Assembly (NCBI GenBank): GCA_018671515.1
Contig: JABHHN010000047.1
Location: 1-60,266 of the forward strand
Length of the DNA: 60,266 nucleotides
Origin: an archaeon
Lineage (GTDB): Archaea > Nanobdellota > Nanobdellia > Woesearchaeales > GW2011-AR15
Direction of reading: 5' to 3'
The translations under genes were made by a program, and so were the position numbers. Within the stretch, counting starts at the first letter, position 1. Every line of letters starts with the position of its first letter. The notes under the pieces were generated by a model. The model was not told the DNA's origin. It was given only the letters and a program-made list of their open reading frames with translations, and made no database searches. Positions 20,053-29,036 of this stretch are shown here, in pieces.

Positions 20053-20697
20053 ATGATAAAAGGAGTGATATTTGATATGGATGGTGTTATTATTGATTCT
20101 GCTAATCTTCATTTAAAAGCATGGCAAATATTTCTAAAAAAACATGGAAAAGAGCATACCAAAGAAGAATTTCAAAAATATTTTGGTATGGCTAATAAAG
20201 AATTATTTCAAATACTACTCCCTGAAGCAAAAAAAGAAGATTATAGAAAACTTGATGATGAAAAAGAAGCAATATATAGAGATTTAGCAAATATTGAATT
20301 AAATGAACTTTCTGGTGCAAAAAAATTAATAAAAAAATTATATGATAATGGATTTAAATTAATTGTAGGTTCTTCTGGTCATCCCGAAAATATAGAATTT
20401 AATTTAAATAAACTAAATTTATCAAAATATTTCCAAGGATATGTCAGTAATCATGAAGTTGAAAAAGGAAAACCAGCACCTGATATATTTTTAAAATGTG
20501 CACAAAAATTAAAATTAAATCCTAATGAATGTATTGTAATTGAAGATGCACATCATGGAATTGATGCGGCTAATAATGCTGAAATGAAATGTATCGCAAT
20601 AACTTCTACACATGATAAAGAAAAATTAAAAGATGCAGACTTAATTGTTGATACACTAAATGAAATCACAATACAAAAAATAAAAGAACTAGAATGA
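20053..20697 (+). CDS. HAD-superfamily phosphatase (beta-PGM-like)
   Basis: GVIFDMDGV, VGSSG, GKPAPDIF, VIEDAHHG. Confidence 0.9.
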   Translation: MIKGVIFDMDGVIIDSANLHLKAWQIFLKKHGKEHTKEEFQKYFGMANKELFQILLPEAKKEDYRKLDDEKEAIYRDLANIELNELSGAKKLIKKLYDNGFKLIVGSSGHPENIEFNLNKLNLSKYFQGYVSNHEVEKGKPAPDIFLKCAQKLKLNPNECIVIEDAHHGIDAANNAEMKCIAITSTHDKEKLKDADLIVDTLNEITIQKIKELE

Positions 20698-20823
20698 TAA
20701 TAAGAATAATATTTGATACCGTAATGAAGTTCGTTTTCAAAAATCAAGGTGAGAATCTTTGATTCGAGGCGTTATTTTCGATAACAGAGCGAAGCGAGTT
20801 TTCAAATATCAGGAGTTTTATCT
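20694..20823 (+). repeat. Two tandem 65-nt units (one degenerate, one conserved) upstream of the HAD gene at 20824
   Basis: 20694-20758 encodes MIIRIIFDTVMKFVFKNQGENL*; 20759-20823 (TTG start) encodes (M)IRGVIFDNRAKRVFKYQEFYL*. 20009-20099 and 20780-20870 are identical except for 4 of 91 nt. Confidence 0.85.
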
Positions 20824-21501
20824 ATGATAAAAGGAGTGATATTTGATATGGATGGAGTAATTATTGATTCAAATCATATCATTTTTGAAAACTGGAGTGT
20901 TATTTTTAAAAAAAAGTTCAATAAAATAATTGATAAAAAAGAATTTGCAATGCACTTGGGAGAAAGTGCAAAACATTTTTTGGAATTTTTTGTTGAAAAA
21001 TTTGAACTAAATGTTTCAAATGAAAATTTATTATTAGAATTAAAAAATAATTATAGGCAAAATTTGGAACATAAAATAATCTTAAAAAAAAGTGTCATAA
21101 AAACACTAAAAATGTTAAAAGAAAATAACTATAAAACTGCTCTTGCAACTGGAGCAAATAAAGATACTGCATTAAGAGTTATAAAAAAATTTGAAATTGA
21201 AAAATATTTTGATTATATAATTGGTGGAGATGAAGTAAAAAGAGCTAAACCAAATCCTGAAATTTTCCTAAAGGCAGCACAAGGTCTAAAATTAAAACCT
21301 AATGAATGTATAGTAATCGAAGATGCAAAAAAAGGAATAATTGCTGCAAACTCTGCAAATATCAAAGTTATTTCAATTCCTGATGATATAACAAAATATC
21401 AAGATCATAGTATTGCAGATTTCCATCTAAAATCTATGAATGAATTAAATTTTGAATTTATAATGAGTATAATTCAACACAAAAAGAGTAAAAATTCATG
21501 A
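20824..21501 (+). CDS. HAD-superfamily phosphatase (beta-PGM-like)
   Basis: GVIFDMDGV, LATGA, AKPNPEIF, VIEDAKKG. Confidence 0.9.
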   Translation: MIKGVIFDMDGVIIDSNHIIFENWSVIFKKKFNKIIDKKEFAMHLGESAKHFLEFFVEKFELNVSNENLLLELKNNYRQNLEHKIILKKSVIKTLKMLKENNYKTALATGANKDTALRVIKKFEIEKYFDYIIGGDEVKRAKPNPEIFLKAAQGLKLKPNECIVIEDAKKGIIAANSANIKVISIPDDITKYQDHSIADFHLKSMNELNFEFIMSIIQHKKSKNS

Positions 21502-21546
21502 TTTTTAGTACAATAATTTAATAAATAAGAACATATTTATGTATAC

Positions 21547-22224
21547 ATGACCATTGAAAATAAACAAATTCTAAAATATCAAAGACAAATAATTAAAACT
21601 GATGATTCCTATACCCATAAAATACCTTGCTTTTCAAAAACATATGAATTTAAACACCAATCAATATTAAGTAAAGATGATGAATTTAATGACATTTTTA
21701 CTACTTGTTCAAATTATTTATTAGATTCAGAACATTCAATAAGAGTCAGTGTCTTAATTGAAAAATTTTCCGAATTATTAAATCTCCCAAATAACTTATG
21801 TTTGGATTTTAAAAAATTCTCACTTATCCACGATGTTGGAAAATTATTAATTAACCCAGACATATTAAATAAACCAGGTAAATTATCTGAAGAAGAATAT
21901 GAAATTGTTAAAAAACACTCAGAATTAGGCGCTGAAATAATTGGAGATGATCCTTTTTTCAAAACAGGTAAAGATATTTCTCTTTATCACCATGAAAGAT
22001 ATGATGGACAAGGTTATCCAAGAAAAATAAATGGAAATAGTATTCCAATTTCTGCTAGAATTTTATCTATTATTGATGTATATGATGGACTTACTTCTGA
22101 TAGAGTTTATAGAAAAGCTTTACCATTATCAGAAGCAATTAACATAATGAAAGAAATGACTGGAAAGTTTGACCCTATATTTTTTAAAATATTTTTAACA
22201 AATATTCAAAATTTAATAGAATGA
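21547..22224 (+). CDS. Stand-alone HD-GYP domain phosphodiesterase
   Basis: EHSIRV, IHDVGK, LNKPGKL, KKHSELG, HHERYDGQGYP, IPISARILSIIDVYDGLTSDRVYRKA: all metal ligands present. Confidence 0.9.
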   Translation: MTIENKQILKYQRQIIKTDDSYTHKIPCFSKTYEFKHQSILSKDDEFNDIFTTCSNYLLDSEHSIRVSVLIEKFSELLNLPNNLCLDFKKFSLIHDVGKLLINPDILNKPGKLSEEEYEIVKKHSELGAEIIGDDPFFKTGKDISLYHHERYDGQGYPRKINGNSIPISARILSIIDVYDGLTSDRVYRKALPLSEAINIMKEMTGKFDPIFFKIFLTNIQNLIE

Positions 22225-22748
22225 AAAAGAAACAAAAACAAAAAAAATTACGTTTATATTTATTAGTGCTAATAAGCATAATATCACTTTTAATTGCTCT
22301 AAAACATCTTGATTCAATTTTAATAATTTTAATTTGTATTTTAGTGACAGGAATTAATACTTTTCTTGCTTTTTTGAGTTCAAAAATAAGAGGTCTTAAT
22401 CTTGAAGTTTTTGGACTTTCTTGTGCTTTAATTTTATTTACAAACAAAACAATCAAACTTATTTTTCTTGTTAAATTATTAATCTCATATGTTGTTTTTC
22501 AAGGATTTGACATATGGGCTTTCCCATACCTATTTGGTACTATTTTAACATATATTTTATTTTCATTCATAAGTCTACCATTTACTCTTAATATATTAAT
22601 AATTATTATTATAGTAAATAATCTTATTACCTATCTTTTTTTTGCATTGATTCATGGAAACCCACTAAGACCTATAAAAGATACAGTTATTTCAACGTTC
22701 CTTAATTTTATTGTAATGCAAATTGTCACTCTTTTATTATTTTTTTAA
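22221..22748 (+). CDS. Integral membrane protein (5-6 TM), distant paralogue of 29023..29535
   Basis: Highly hydrophobic; IRGLNLEVF matches IRNVGIELA at the same relative position in 29023..29535; ATGA-coupled to HD-GYP. Confidence 0.6.
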   Translation: MKKKQKQKKLRLYLLVLISIISLLIALKHLDSILIILICILVTGINTFLAFLSSKIRGLNLEVFGLSCALILFTNKTIKLIFLVKLLISYVVFQGFDIWAFPYLFGTILTYILFSFISLPFTLNILIIIIIVNNLITYLFFALIHGNPLRPIKDTVISTFLNFIVMQIVTLLLFF

Positions 22749-23061
22749 TTTTATTTTTTAATGTAGGAATTTTCTCTTTTACAACTTCCCACACTCTTTT
22801 TATATCCATTTCAGAATAAGCGTGAATTAAAATATCTCTTAGTCCACAAATTTTTTTCCATTCTATTTCATTATTTTCAATTTTTATAAATTCAGGTAAA
22901 TTTTTTGATGCTTCCCCTATTATCTCTAAATTTCTTATAACTCCATCTTTAACTAAGTCATTTTCAAGAAAGTTACTTTCACCCATATTTTTGGTATATT
23001 TTTCTATTTTTTTTATACATTCTAAAATATCATTTAGATATACTCTATAATCCTTTGACAT
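22726..23061 (-). CDS. HEPN (DUF86/HepT-like) RNase toxin
   Basis: MSKDYRVYLNDIL, AVIRNLEIIGEA-like segment (GVIRNLEIIGEA), W..I.GLRDILIHAY (R-x4-H-x-Y). Confidence 0.9.
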   Translation of the reverse strand: MSKDYRVYLNDILECIKKIEKYTKNMGESNFLENDLVKDGVIRNLEIIGEASKNLPEFIKIENNEIEWKKICGLRDILIHAYSEMDIKRVWEVVKEKIPTLKNKIKKIIKE

Positions 23062-23497
23062 ATTTTGCTTCCTCTTTCACATATTCAACTCCTTTTTTTA
23101 ATGCCTTAATTTCAACAAGATCTACTCTCTTTTTTAATAAATCCTCTAAATAAAATTTAGTTTCCATATAAAAATCAAATTTTGAACTATTAAGTTCAAC
23201 TAATAAATCAATATCACTATCTTTTTTTTGCTCTCCTCTAAGATATGAACCAAAAAGACCTATTTTTTTTATACCTAATTTTTGTAATTTTATTTTGTTT
23301 TTTTGTAATTTTTTTAAAATTTTTTCAGCTGTTAAATCATTTTTCAAATGATCATATAGTGATTTTTTTTCTAATTCAATATATTTTTCAACAATAAATT
23401 CTATTGTTTCCCCTTTATCATTAAAATCATTTATAGCTTTAATTACATTAAGTATTTTATTTGTTCTTAGATTTAATTTTATTAGTGCGTTGACCAT
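23045..23497 (-). CDS. MNT nucleotidyltransferase antitoxin with an extra N-terminal DUF2683-like domain
   Basis: GLFGSYLRGEQKKDSDIDLLV (GS-x10-DxD), KRVDLV. The first ~45 aa align with the antitoxin at 54831. Confidence 0.85.
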   Translation of the reverse strand: MVNALIKLNLRTNKILNVIKAINDFNDKGETIEFIVEKYIELEKKSLYDHLKNDLTAEKILKKLQKNKIKLQKLGIKKIGLFGSYLRGEQKKDSDIDLLVELNSSKFDFYMETKFYLEDLLKKRVDLVEIKALKKGVEYVKEEAKYVKGL

Positions 23498-23508
23498 TGT
23501 TTTTTATT

Positions 23509-23527
23509 AACTAAGTTAACCTTAGTT
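23509..23527. promoter_or_regulatory. Inverted repeat AACTAAG-TTAAC-CTTAGTT just upstream of the MNT-HEPN operon
   Basis: Perfect 7-bp arms 12 bp upstream of the ATG at 23497, next to a TATA-like TTATATAA. Confidence 0.45.
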
Positions 23528-23584
23528 TAAATAAGTTATAAGTTATATAAAAATATATTGAAAATAGAAATAAATATTAAGAAA

Positions 23585-24010
23585 TTAAATCTCTTCTTTC
23601 AGATTTATTGTTCCAACCATTGTATGGGTCTCAATTACTGATGGCATGTTTCTTAATTCCAGAACAAAATCATTAAATTCTTCAATTGACTTGAACCTGC
23701 ATTTGAATAGAAGATCGTATTGCCCAGTTACACCAAATACTTCTTTGACATATTGATTTTCAAAAAATGAATTCGGAATGTTTTTAGTTGTCTTTACAAG
23801 TATAAATACTACAAAATTATTTCCTAATTTTTTATTATTAAGATTTATTGTAAATTTGTCAATTACCTCATTTTTGATTAATTTTTGTATTCTTGTGTGA
23901 ACAGTGCTAGGTCTTAATTTAGTTTTTTTAGCAATATCTCTTACAGATTGTCTTGAATTTATTTTTAATTGGTTAATTATTTTTTCATCCTTTTGATCTA
24001 ATTTAGTCAT
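23585..24010 (-). CDS. Lrp/AsnC-family transcriptional regulator (divergent from ahcY)
   Basis: LDQKDEKII..L..NSRQSVRDIAK...STVHTRIQKL, VTGQYDLL. Confidence 0.9.
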   Translation of the reverse strand: MTKLDQKDEKIINQLKINSRQSVRDIAKKTKLRPSTVHTRIQKLIKNEVIDKFTINLNNKKLGNNFVVFILVKTTKNIPNSFFENQYVKEVFGVTGQYDLLFKCRFKSIEEFNDFVLELRNMPSVIETHTMVGTINLKEEI

Positions 24011-24183
24011 AAAAATAGACAAATTCCACTAATATTTATATTTTTTCATAAATTTTGTATAAATAAACCAATATTAATACAATATTTTTAATAATTTCAA
24101 ACATAAATATATAAAATGTCCCATAATTCATTAAAAAATAATTTAATTTTAATAGAATGACAAATGTATTAGGTGAATAAAAA

Positions 24184-25596
24184 ATGGATGTAACAGAAAA
24201 TTATGTTGTTAAAGATATCAGCTTAGCTGAAATGGGTAGAAAAGAAATTGTCCTAGCAGAAAAAGAAATGCCTGGTTTGATGAGCCTTAGAACTAAATAC
24301 GGTGCAGAAAAACCATTTATAGGTGCAAAAATAATGGGAAGTCTTCATATGACTCTGCAGACAGCAGTACTAATTGAAACATTAGTTGAACTTGGAGCAA
24401 CAGTTCGATGGGTTTCATGTAATATTTATTCAACTCACGATCCTGCTGCTGCTGCAATTGCAAAAACTGGCGTTCCTGTATTTGCTTACAAAGGTGAATC
24501 ACTTAAAGAATACTGGCAATTCACTTCAAAAGCTCTTGATTTTGGAAATGGAGCAGGTCCTGATTTAATTGTTGATGATGGTGGAGATGCAACTATGATG
24601 ATCCATAAAGGTCTAGAAGTTGAAAAAGATCCAAGTTTACTACAAAAAGATTATTCTAATGAAGGAGAAGATTTCAGAGAACTTATGATAGAATTAAAAA
24701 AAATCTATGATAAAACACCAACCAGATGGACTACGGTTTCAAAACATGTAAAAGGAGTAAGTGAAGAAACAACAACAGGTGTTCATAGACTATATCAAAT
24801 GATGGAAAAAGGAGAATTATTATTCCCAGCAATAAATGTAAATGACTCAGTTACAAAGTCTAAATTCGACAATTTATATGGTTGCCGTGAATCTTTAGCT
24901 GATGGAATTAAAAGAGGAACAGATGTCATGATTGCAGGAAAAGTTGTAGTTGTATGTGGTTATGGTGATGTTGGAAAAGGCTGTGCCCAATCAATGAATG
25001 GATTTGGTGCAAGAGTAATTGTAACTGAAATAGATCCAATTTGTGCACTACAAGCAGCAATGGAAGGATTCCAAGTCTCAACTCTTGAAGATGTTGTAGA
25101 TCAAGGAGATATTTTTGTAACTACAACAGGTAATAAAGATATCATCAAAATTGAACATATGGAAAAAATGAAAGATCATGCAATTGTCTGCAATATAGGA
25201 CATTTTGATAATGAAATCCAGATGGAGAAATTAGAAAACTATGAAGGAATTAAAGAAATAAATATAAAACCTCAAGTAGATAAATTTGTTTTCCCAGATG
25301 GACATGCACTAATTGTTTTGTCTCGTGGAAGACTAGTTAATTTAGGGAACGCAAAAGGACATCCAAGTTTTGTAATGAGTAATTCATTTACAAATCAAGT
25401 ATTGGCCCAAATGGAACTATGGAAAAAAGATTATGAACTTGGTGTATATATGCTTCCAAAAGAACTTGATGAAGAAGTAGCTAGACTTCATTTAGATCAA
25501 TTAGGAATTAAGTTAACCAAACTTACTGATGAACAAGCAGATTATATCAATGTTCCAGTTAATGGACCATATAAACCAAAATATTATAGATATTAA
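24184..25596 (+). CDS. ahcY: Adenosylhomocysteinase (long form with catalytic-domain insertion)
   Basis: [60 protein letters not shown]; GGTGA SD. Confidence 0.95.
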   Translation: MDVTENYVVKDISLAEMGRKEIVLAEKEMPGLMSLRTKYGAEKPFIGAKIMGSLHMTLQTAVLIETLVELGATVRWVSCNIYSTHDPAAAAIAKTGVPVFAYKGESLKEYWQFTSKALDFGNGAGPDLIVDDGGDATMMIHKGLEVEKDPSLLQKDYSNEGEDFRELMIELKKIYDKTPTRWTTVSKHVKGVSEETTTGVHRLYQMMEKGELLFPAINVNDSVTKSKFDNLYGCRESLADGIKRGTDVMIAGKVVVVCGYGDVGKGCAQSMNGFGARVIVTEIDPICALQAAMEGFQVSTLEDVVDQGDIFVTTTGNKDIIKIEHMEKMKDHAIVCNIGHFDNEIQMEKLENYEGIKEINIKPQVDKFVFPDGHALIVLSRGRLVNLGNAKGHPSFVMSNSFTNQVLAQMELWKKDYELGVYMLPKELDEEVARLHLDQLGIKLTKLTDEQADYINVPVNGPYKPKYYRY

Positions 25597-25618
25597 TTTG
25601 TTTTTTTTTATTTTAGTT

Positions 25619-26449
25619 TTAATTAGAATCAAAATTAGTTGTATACTCTAATTCATAATATGGTTTTTTTGTAAACCTATACTGTCCTAAAGGTTCCAAC
25701 TTTAATCTTAAATCTATATTATATATTTTTGATTCTTCAACATCTATTTCATTACATACATAAAAAACATTTATTCTTAAATCACCATTTGTATCAAAAA
25801 ACGGAGTTAAGTTAATTGAATCAGGAAATATTGCATCAATTCTATTTTCAATAACCTGTCCATTTTCATAATAAATATTAGCATCAATGTCATACATAAT
25901 ATCACTTGAATTAATTTTAATACTTAATTCCCCTTTTGAATTACCAATATATTGTGATGGAATCACTATTATGAATGTAGTTTTATAATATTTATAATAT
26001 TGTGGAACTTTTTCAATAATAAAATTTTCAATACGTAATTCTTTGTTAAATTCTATTTCTGTAATTTTTTGTTGTATTTTATATTGATTAAGTTTATTTG
26101 TATACATAACTTTTTTTACTATTTGTGTTGTAACCCCAGCAGTATAAATCAACAATATAATAATTAAAAATGTCAGTGCAATTTTTTTATATTTGTGCCC
26201 TAATATTTTTATTATTTTATTCAAATATATTAATGCAGCAAAATATGGTATTAATGGGATAAGCGAAAATCCAAGAGTAAACCCTGCACCATCTACAAGT
26301 AAAATAGGAAGTGACATATACAAACCATAAAATCCACTTAATATATATGACATACCACCTATAAAAAGATCGAGAAAAACAGGAATAATAATTATCCAAA
26401 ATTTAAATTTGCAATGTTTTTGTTCAATGAATTTATTATTTTTATCCAT
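25619..26449 (-). CDS. Hypothetical membrane protein
   Basis: Three N-terminal TM segments plus a polar C-terminal domain. Confidence 0.6.
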   Translation of the reverse strand: MDKNNKFIEQKHCKFKFWIIIIPVFLDLFIGGMSYILSGFYGLYMSLPILLVDGAGFTLGFSLIPLIPYFAALIYLNKIIKILGHKYKKIALTFLIIILLIYTAGVTTQIVKKVMYTNKLNQYKIQQKITEIEFNKELRIENFIIEKVPQYYKYYKTTFIIVIPSQYIGNSKGELSIKINSSDIMYDIDANIYYENGQVIENRIDAIFPDSINLTPFFDTNGDLRINVFYVCNEIDVEESKIYNIDLRLKLEPLGQYRFTKKPYYELEYTTNFDSN

Positions 26450-26536
26450 GATAATTATATCTATTTTTTATTTAATATGTATAATATAAATATTTATCTA
26501 TCCTAATAAACCAAAATATTATAGATATTTATTTAT

Positions 26537-26929
26537 TTATTTTAGAATATTTTTTATATTACTATTTCCAAAATCATAATCCTTAAATTCTTCTTTTTTT
26601 ATCCATTTATAATTAATAATATTTTCTGTTGCTGGATTATTATTTAAATCAATTTTATTATCATTTGATGTACATAAAAAAGTATTACAAATTATTTTTA
26701 CGCTATCGCTTTTTCTATAAAACCAATAAACACCTATTGGTTTAATTATTTTTATTTCTAACGATACTTCTTCTTTAACTTCTCTATGCAATGCTTCTAT
26801 TTTAGATTCATTGATTTTTATTTTTCCACCAGGTAAATCCCAAATAAAATTATTTCCAATTTTTTGATTTAGAATAAGGTATTTATTATCATAAAAAATT
26901 AAAGATTTAACTGCTCGAAACTCAACCAT
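26537..26929 (-). CDS. NUDIX hydrolase
   Basis: WDLPGGKIKINESKIEALHREVKEEVSL Nudix box. Confidence 0.9.
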   Translation of the reverse strand: MVEFRAVKSLIFYDNKYLILNQKIGNNFIWDLPGGKIKINESKIEALHREVKEEVSLEIKIIKPIGVYWFYRKSDSVKIICNTFLCTSNDNKIDLNNNPATENIINYKWIKKEEFKDYDFGNSNIKNILK

Positions 26930-26966
26930 ATAAAAAATAAAATAAGAAAGATATTAAAAAATTTAT

Positions 26967-28241
26967 TTACTGTCTTGATATTTTTGCAATACCTGCAAAA
27001 ACACCTGTCACTATCAATAATACAACAAGACCAATCAAACCCATTTCTAATGTTCCAGTTAGGTTTTCGACATTTCCCAAAAGACCTTTACTATCTTCTT
27101 CTTTTGGTAATTCACCAATTACATTTGCTGTTAATACTACACTTTGAAGCTCATCTCTTGTTGAGACATCAATAACAAATATCTTTTCTCCAGGTTCTGC
27201 ATCTTTATCTGCAATAAGGTAAAGATATAATGTCACCATCTGTCTTGGTTCAATCATAATTAATGAACCCCCATCAATAAATGCTGTTCCAAATTTTTCA
27301 TAGCCTGAAAGCTTTAATGAATAAGATTTTTTTGTAGGTCCATTATTTGTAATCTGAATTGGATATACTTGACCAGTAGTTCCTTTTATCACATCAACTA
27401 TCCTTGGTAGTGCTAAAGTTGATTGTACATTTCCTACAACACCTCCAGTATTTGAATTTCCATTTCCTTGATATGACCCAGTACATGAAGGGTTATCTAA
27501 AACTTCAATTTCTGTTTCTCTTTCTACATCATCATAATCATCATTAAAATCTAATCTTACTAAAACTTCATACGTTCCAGGTTTTGTACATGTTGGAAGT
27601 CTCAAAAATAAATCTTCAGTAGTAAGTGATTCATCTATTTCTAGAGAATCCACATAGTCACTATCCTCAATTCCTAAATCTGGAATTGATATTTTTACTC
27701 TTATTGAATCTTCTTCTTTTTGTCCATAATTTTTTAATCTTGCTGAAACGATAAGTCCTCTTCCAGCAACTACTTCTTTTGATGGATTAAGCAATATATC
27801 TTTTATAGCAACACTATGCCTATCTGCGTCAAATGTCAAATCATAATCATATCTTCCTGTAGAACCATCTCTATCCATTACTAGAATTCTTAATTTATAA
27901 TCTCCTTCATTATCTTCAAATACTTCTAAATCATATGGTATTTCAAGATCTAAATATTTTCTATATGTTGAGTTTGCTTTCAGATCAAATGTTTCACTTA
28001 TATCTGATATAATTCCATGTTCATATCCAGTAATCATTGCCTTTACCTGAACTGCTTCCATTTCTTCATCAGCTCTTAATTTAACTTTTACTTCTATATC
28101 TCTTCCTTTTTCAAGTGCAAGTCTTATTCCATCTTCAAAGTCAATTTCATCTCCATCTACTTCAACTTCAACATATGTGTCTGCCAGAGCAGAGGTAAGA
28201 CTAATTAAGAATACCATCAATATGAACATTATTTTCTTCAT
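26967..28241 (-). CDS. Acidic membrane-anchored surface (S-layer/CARDB-like Ig-domain) protein
   Basis: Signal peptide; repeated Ig-like units (V.L.N.G.K.E..I.V.I.IP.LGI, PG.Y.V.VRL); C-terminal TM followed by basic residues. Confidence 0.7.
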   Translation of the reverse strand: MKKIMFILMVFLISLTSALADTYVEVEVDGDEIDFEDGIRLALEKGRDIEVKVKLRADEEMEAVQVKAMITGYEHGIISDISETFDLKANSTYRKYLDLEIPYDLEVFEDNEGDYKLRILVMDRDGSTGRYDYDLTFDADRHSVAIKDILLNPSKEVVAGRGLIVSARLKNYGQKEEDSIRVKISIPDLGIEDSDYVDSLEIDESLTTEDLFLRLPTCTKPGTYEVLVRLDFNDDYDDVERETEIEVLDNPSCTGSYQGNGNSNTGGVVGNVQSTLALPRIVDVIKGTTGQVYPIQITNNGPTKKSYSLKLSGYEKFGTAFIDGGSLIMIEPRQMVTLYLYLIADKDAEPGEKIFVIDVSTRDELQSVVLTANVIGELPKEEDSKGLLGNVENLTGTLEMGLIGLVVLLIVTGVFAGIAKISRQ

Positions 28242-28382
28242 TTTAGTTCCTCTTTTACTATTTTTAGTACTGTAAAGTAGTGTTTATTTAAAAACATTGT
28301 TGTATTTTAGTATATTTTATTTATTAATTACTCATTTTTGTTAAACCTAACATTTTTAAGTAATTAATTATTCTTTTTTATT

Positions 28383-29036
28383 ATGGTTAGTGAATTTGAA
28401 TTGCTTCTCAAAATTGCAGACATATCTAAATTCAAAAGAATGAAATTCACTACAATTCAACTTTCAAATCTTCTTGATGTATCTCAACAAACTATATCTC
28501 GTAAGTTAAGATTATTAGAAGATAAAAAATGGATTTCTAGAGATTCAAAATTTGAAGGTATACATATTCAGATCACTCAAGAAGGAAAAACTATCCTACA
28601 TGAAAAATTCAATTTGCTAAAAGAATTATTTACCAAATTAAGATATGAGCTTCATGGAAAAATTTCTTCTGGATTGGGAGAAGGTAAATATTATATGGGT
28701 CTTAAAGGATATCAAGAAAGTATACAAAAAGCTCTTGGATTCGTGCCATATGAAGGAACATTAAATCTAAAAGTTGATGAAAGTCTAATTTCTAGTTTTT
28801 TATTTCATATGACAAAAATTGAAATTCCAGGTTTTTTTGATGGAGAAAGAACATATGGTGGAATAAATGCATATAAAATTATGATTGAAAATAAAATTTT
28901 TGGTGCAATTATAATTCCTGAAAGAACACATCATAGAAAAAATATCATTGAAATCATTTCTGAAAAAAACCTTCGGAATGAATTAGCTCTAAAAGATGAT
29001 GATGAACTTGTTGTGAAACCTGATGAAAAAAATTAA
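28383..29036 (+). CDS. ribK: CTP-dependent riboflavin kinase with N-terminal winged HTH (RbkR-like)
   Basis: SQQTISRKLRLLE HTH; SGLGEGKYY, LGFVPYEGTLNL, PERTHH, EIIS..NLR..L.LKD. Confidence 0.9.
   Translation: MVSEFELLLKIADISKFKRMKFTTIQLSNLLDVSQQTISRKLRLLEDKKWISRDSKFEGIHIQITQEGKTILHEKFNLLKELFTKLRYELHGKISSGLGEGKYYMGLKGYQESIQKALGFVPYEGTLNLKVDESLISSFLFHMTKIEIPGFFDGERTYGGINAYKIMIENKIFGAIIIPERTHHRKNIIEIISEKNLRNELALKDDDELVVKPDEKN

Noticed and set aside
19988-20823. CRISPR array (regular ~65-nt period, palindromic)
   Set aside because: Only 1 + 2 units, no unique spacers, no cas genes; the units derive from the adjacent gene start.
20009-20870. DGR template/variable repeat: the two 91-nt copies differ at four sites, all A in one copy and T in the other (20026/20797, 20040/20811, 20085/20856, 20088/20859)
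   Set aside because: No reverse transcriptase or Avd in the window; the two coding differences are synonymous; the repeat is at a 5' end rather than in a C-terminal ligand-binding domain. A/T swaps are common at this base composition.
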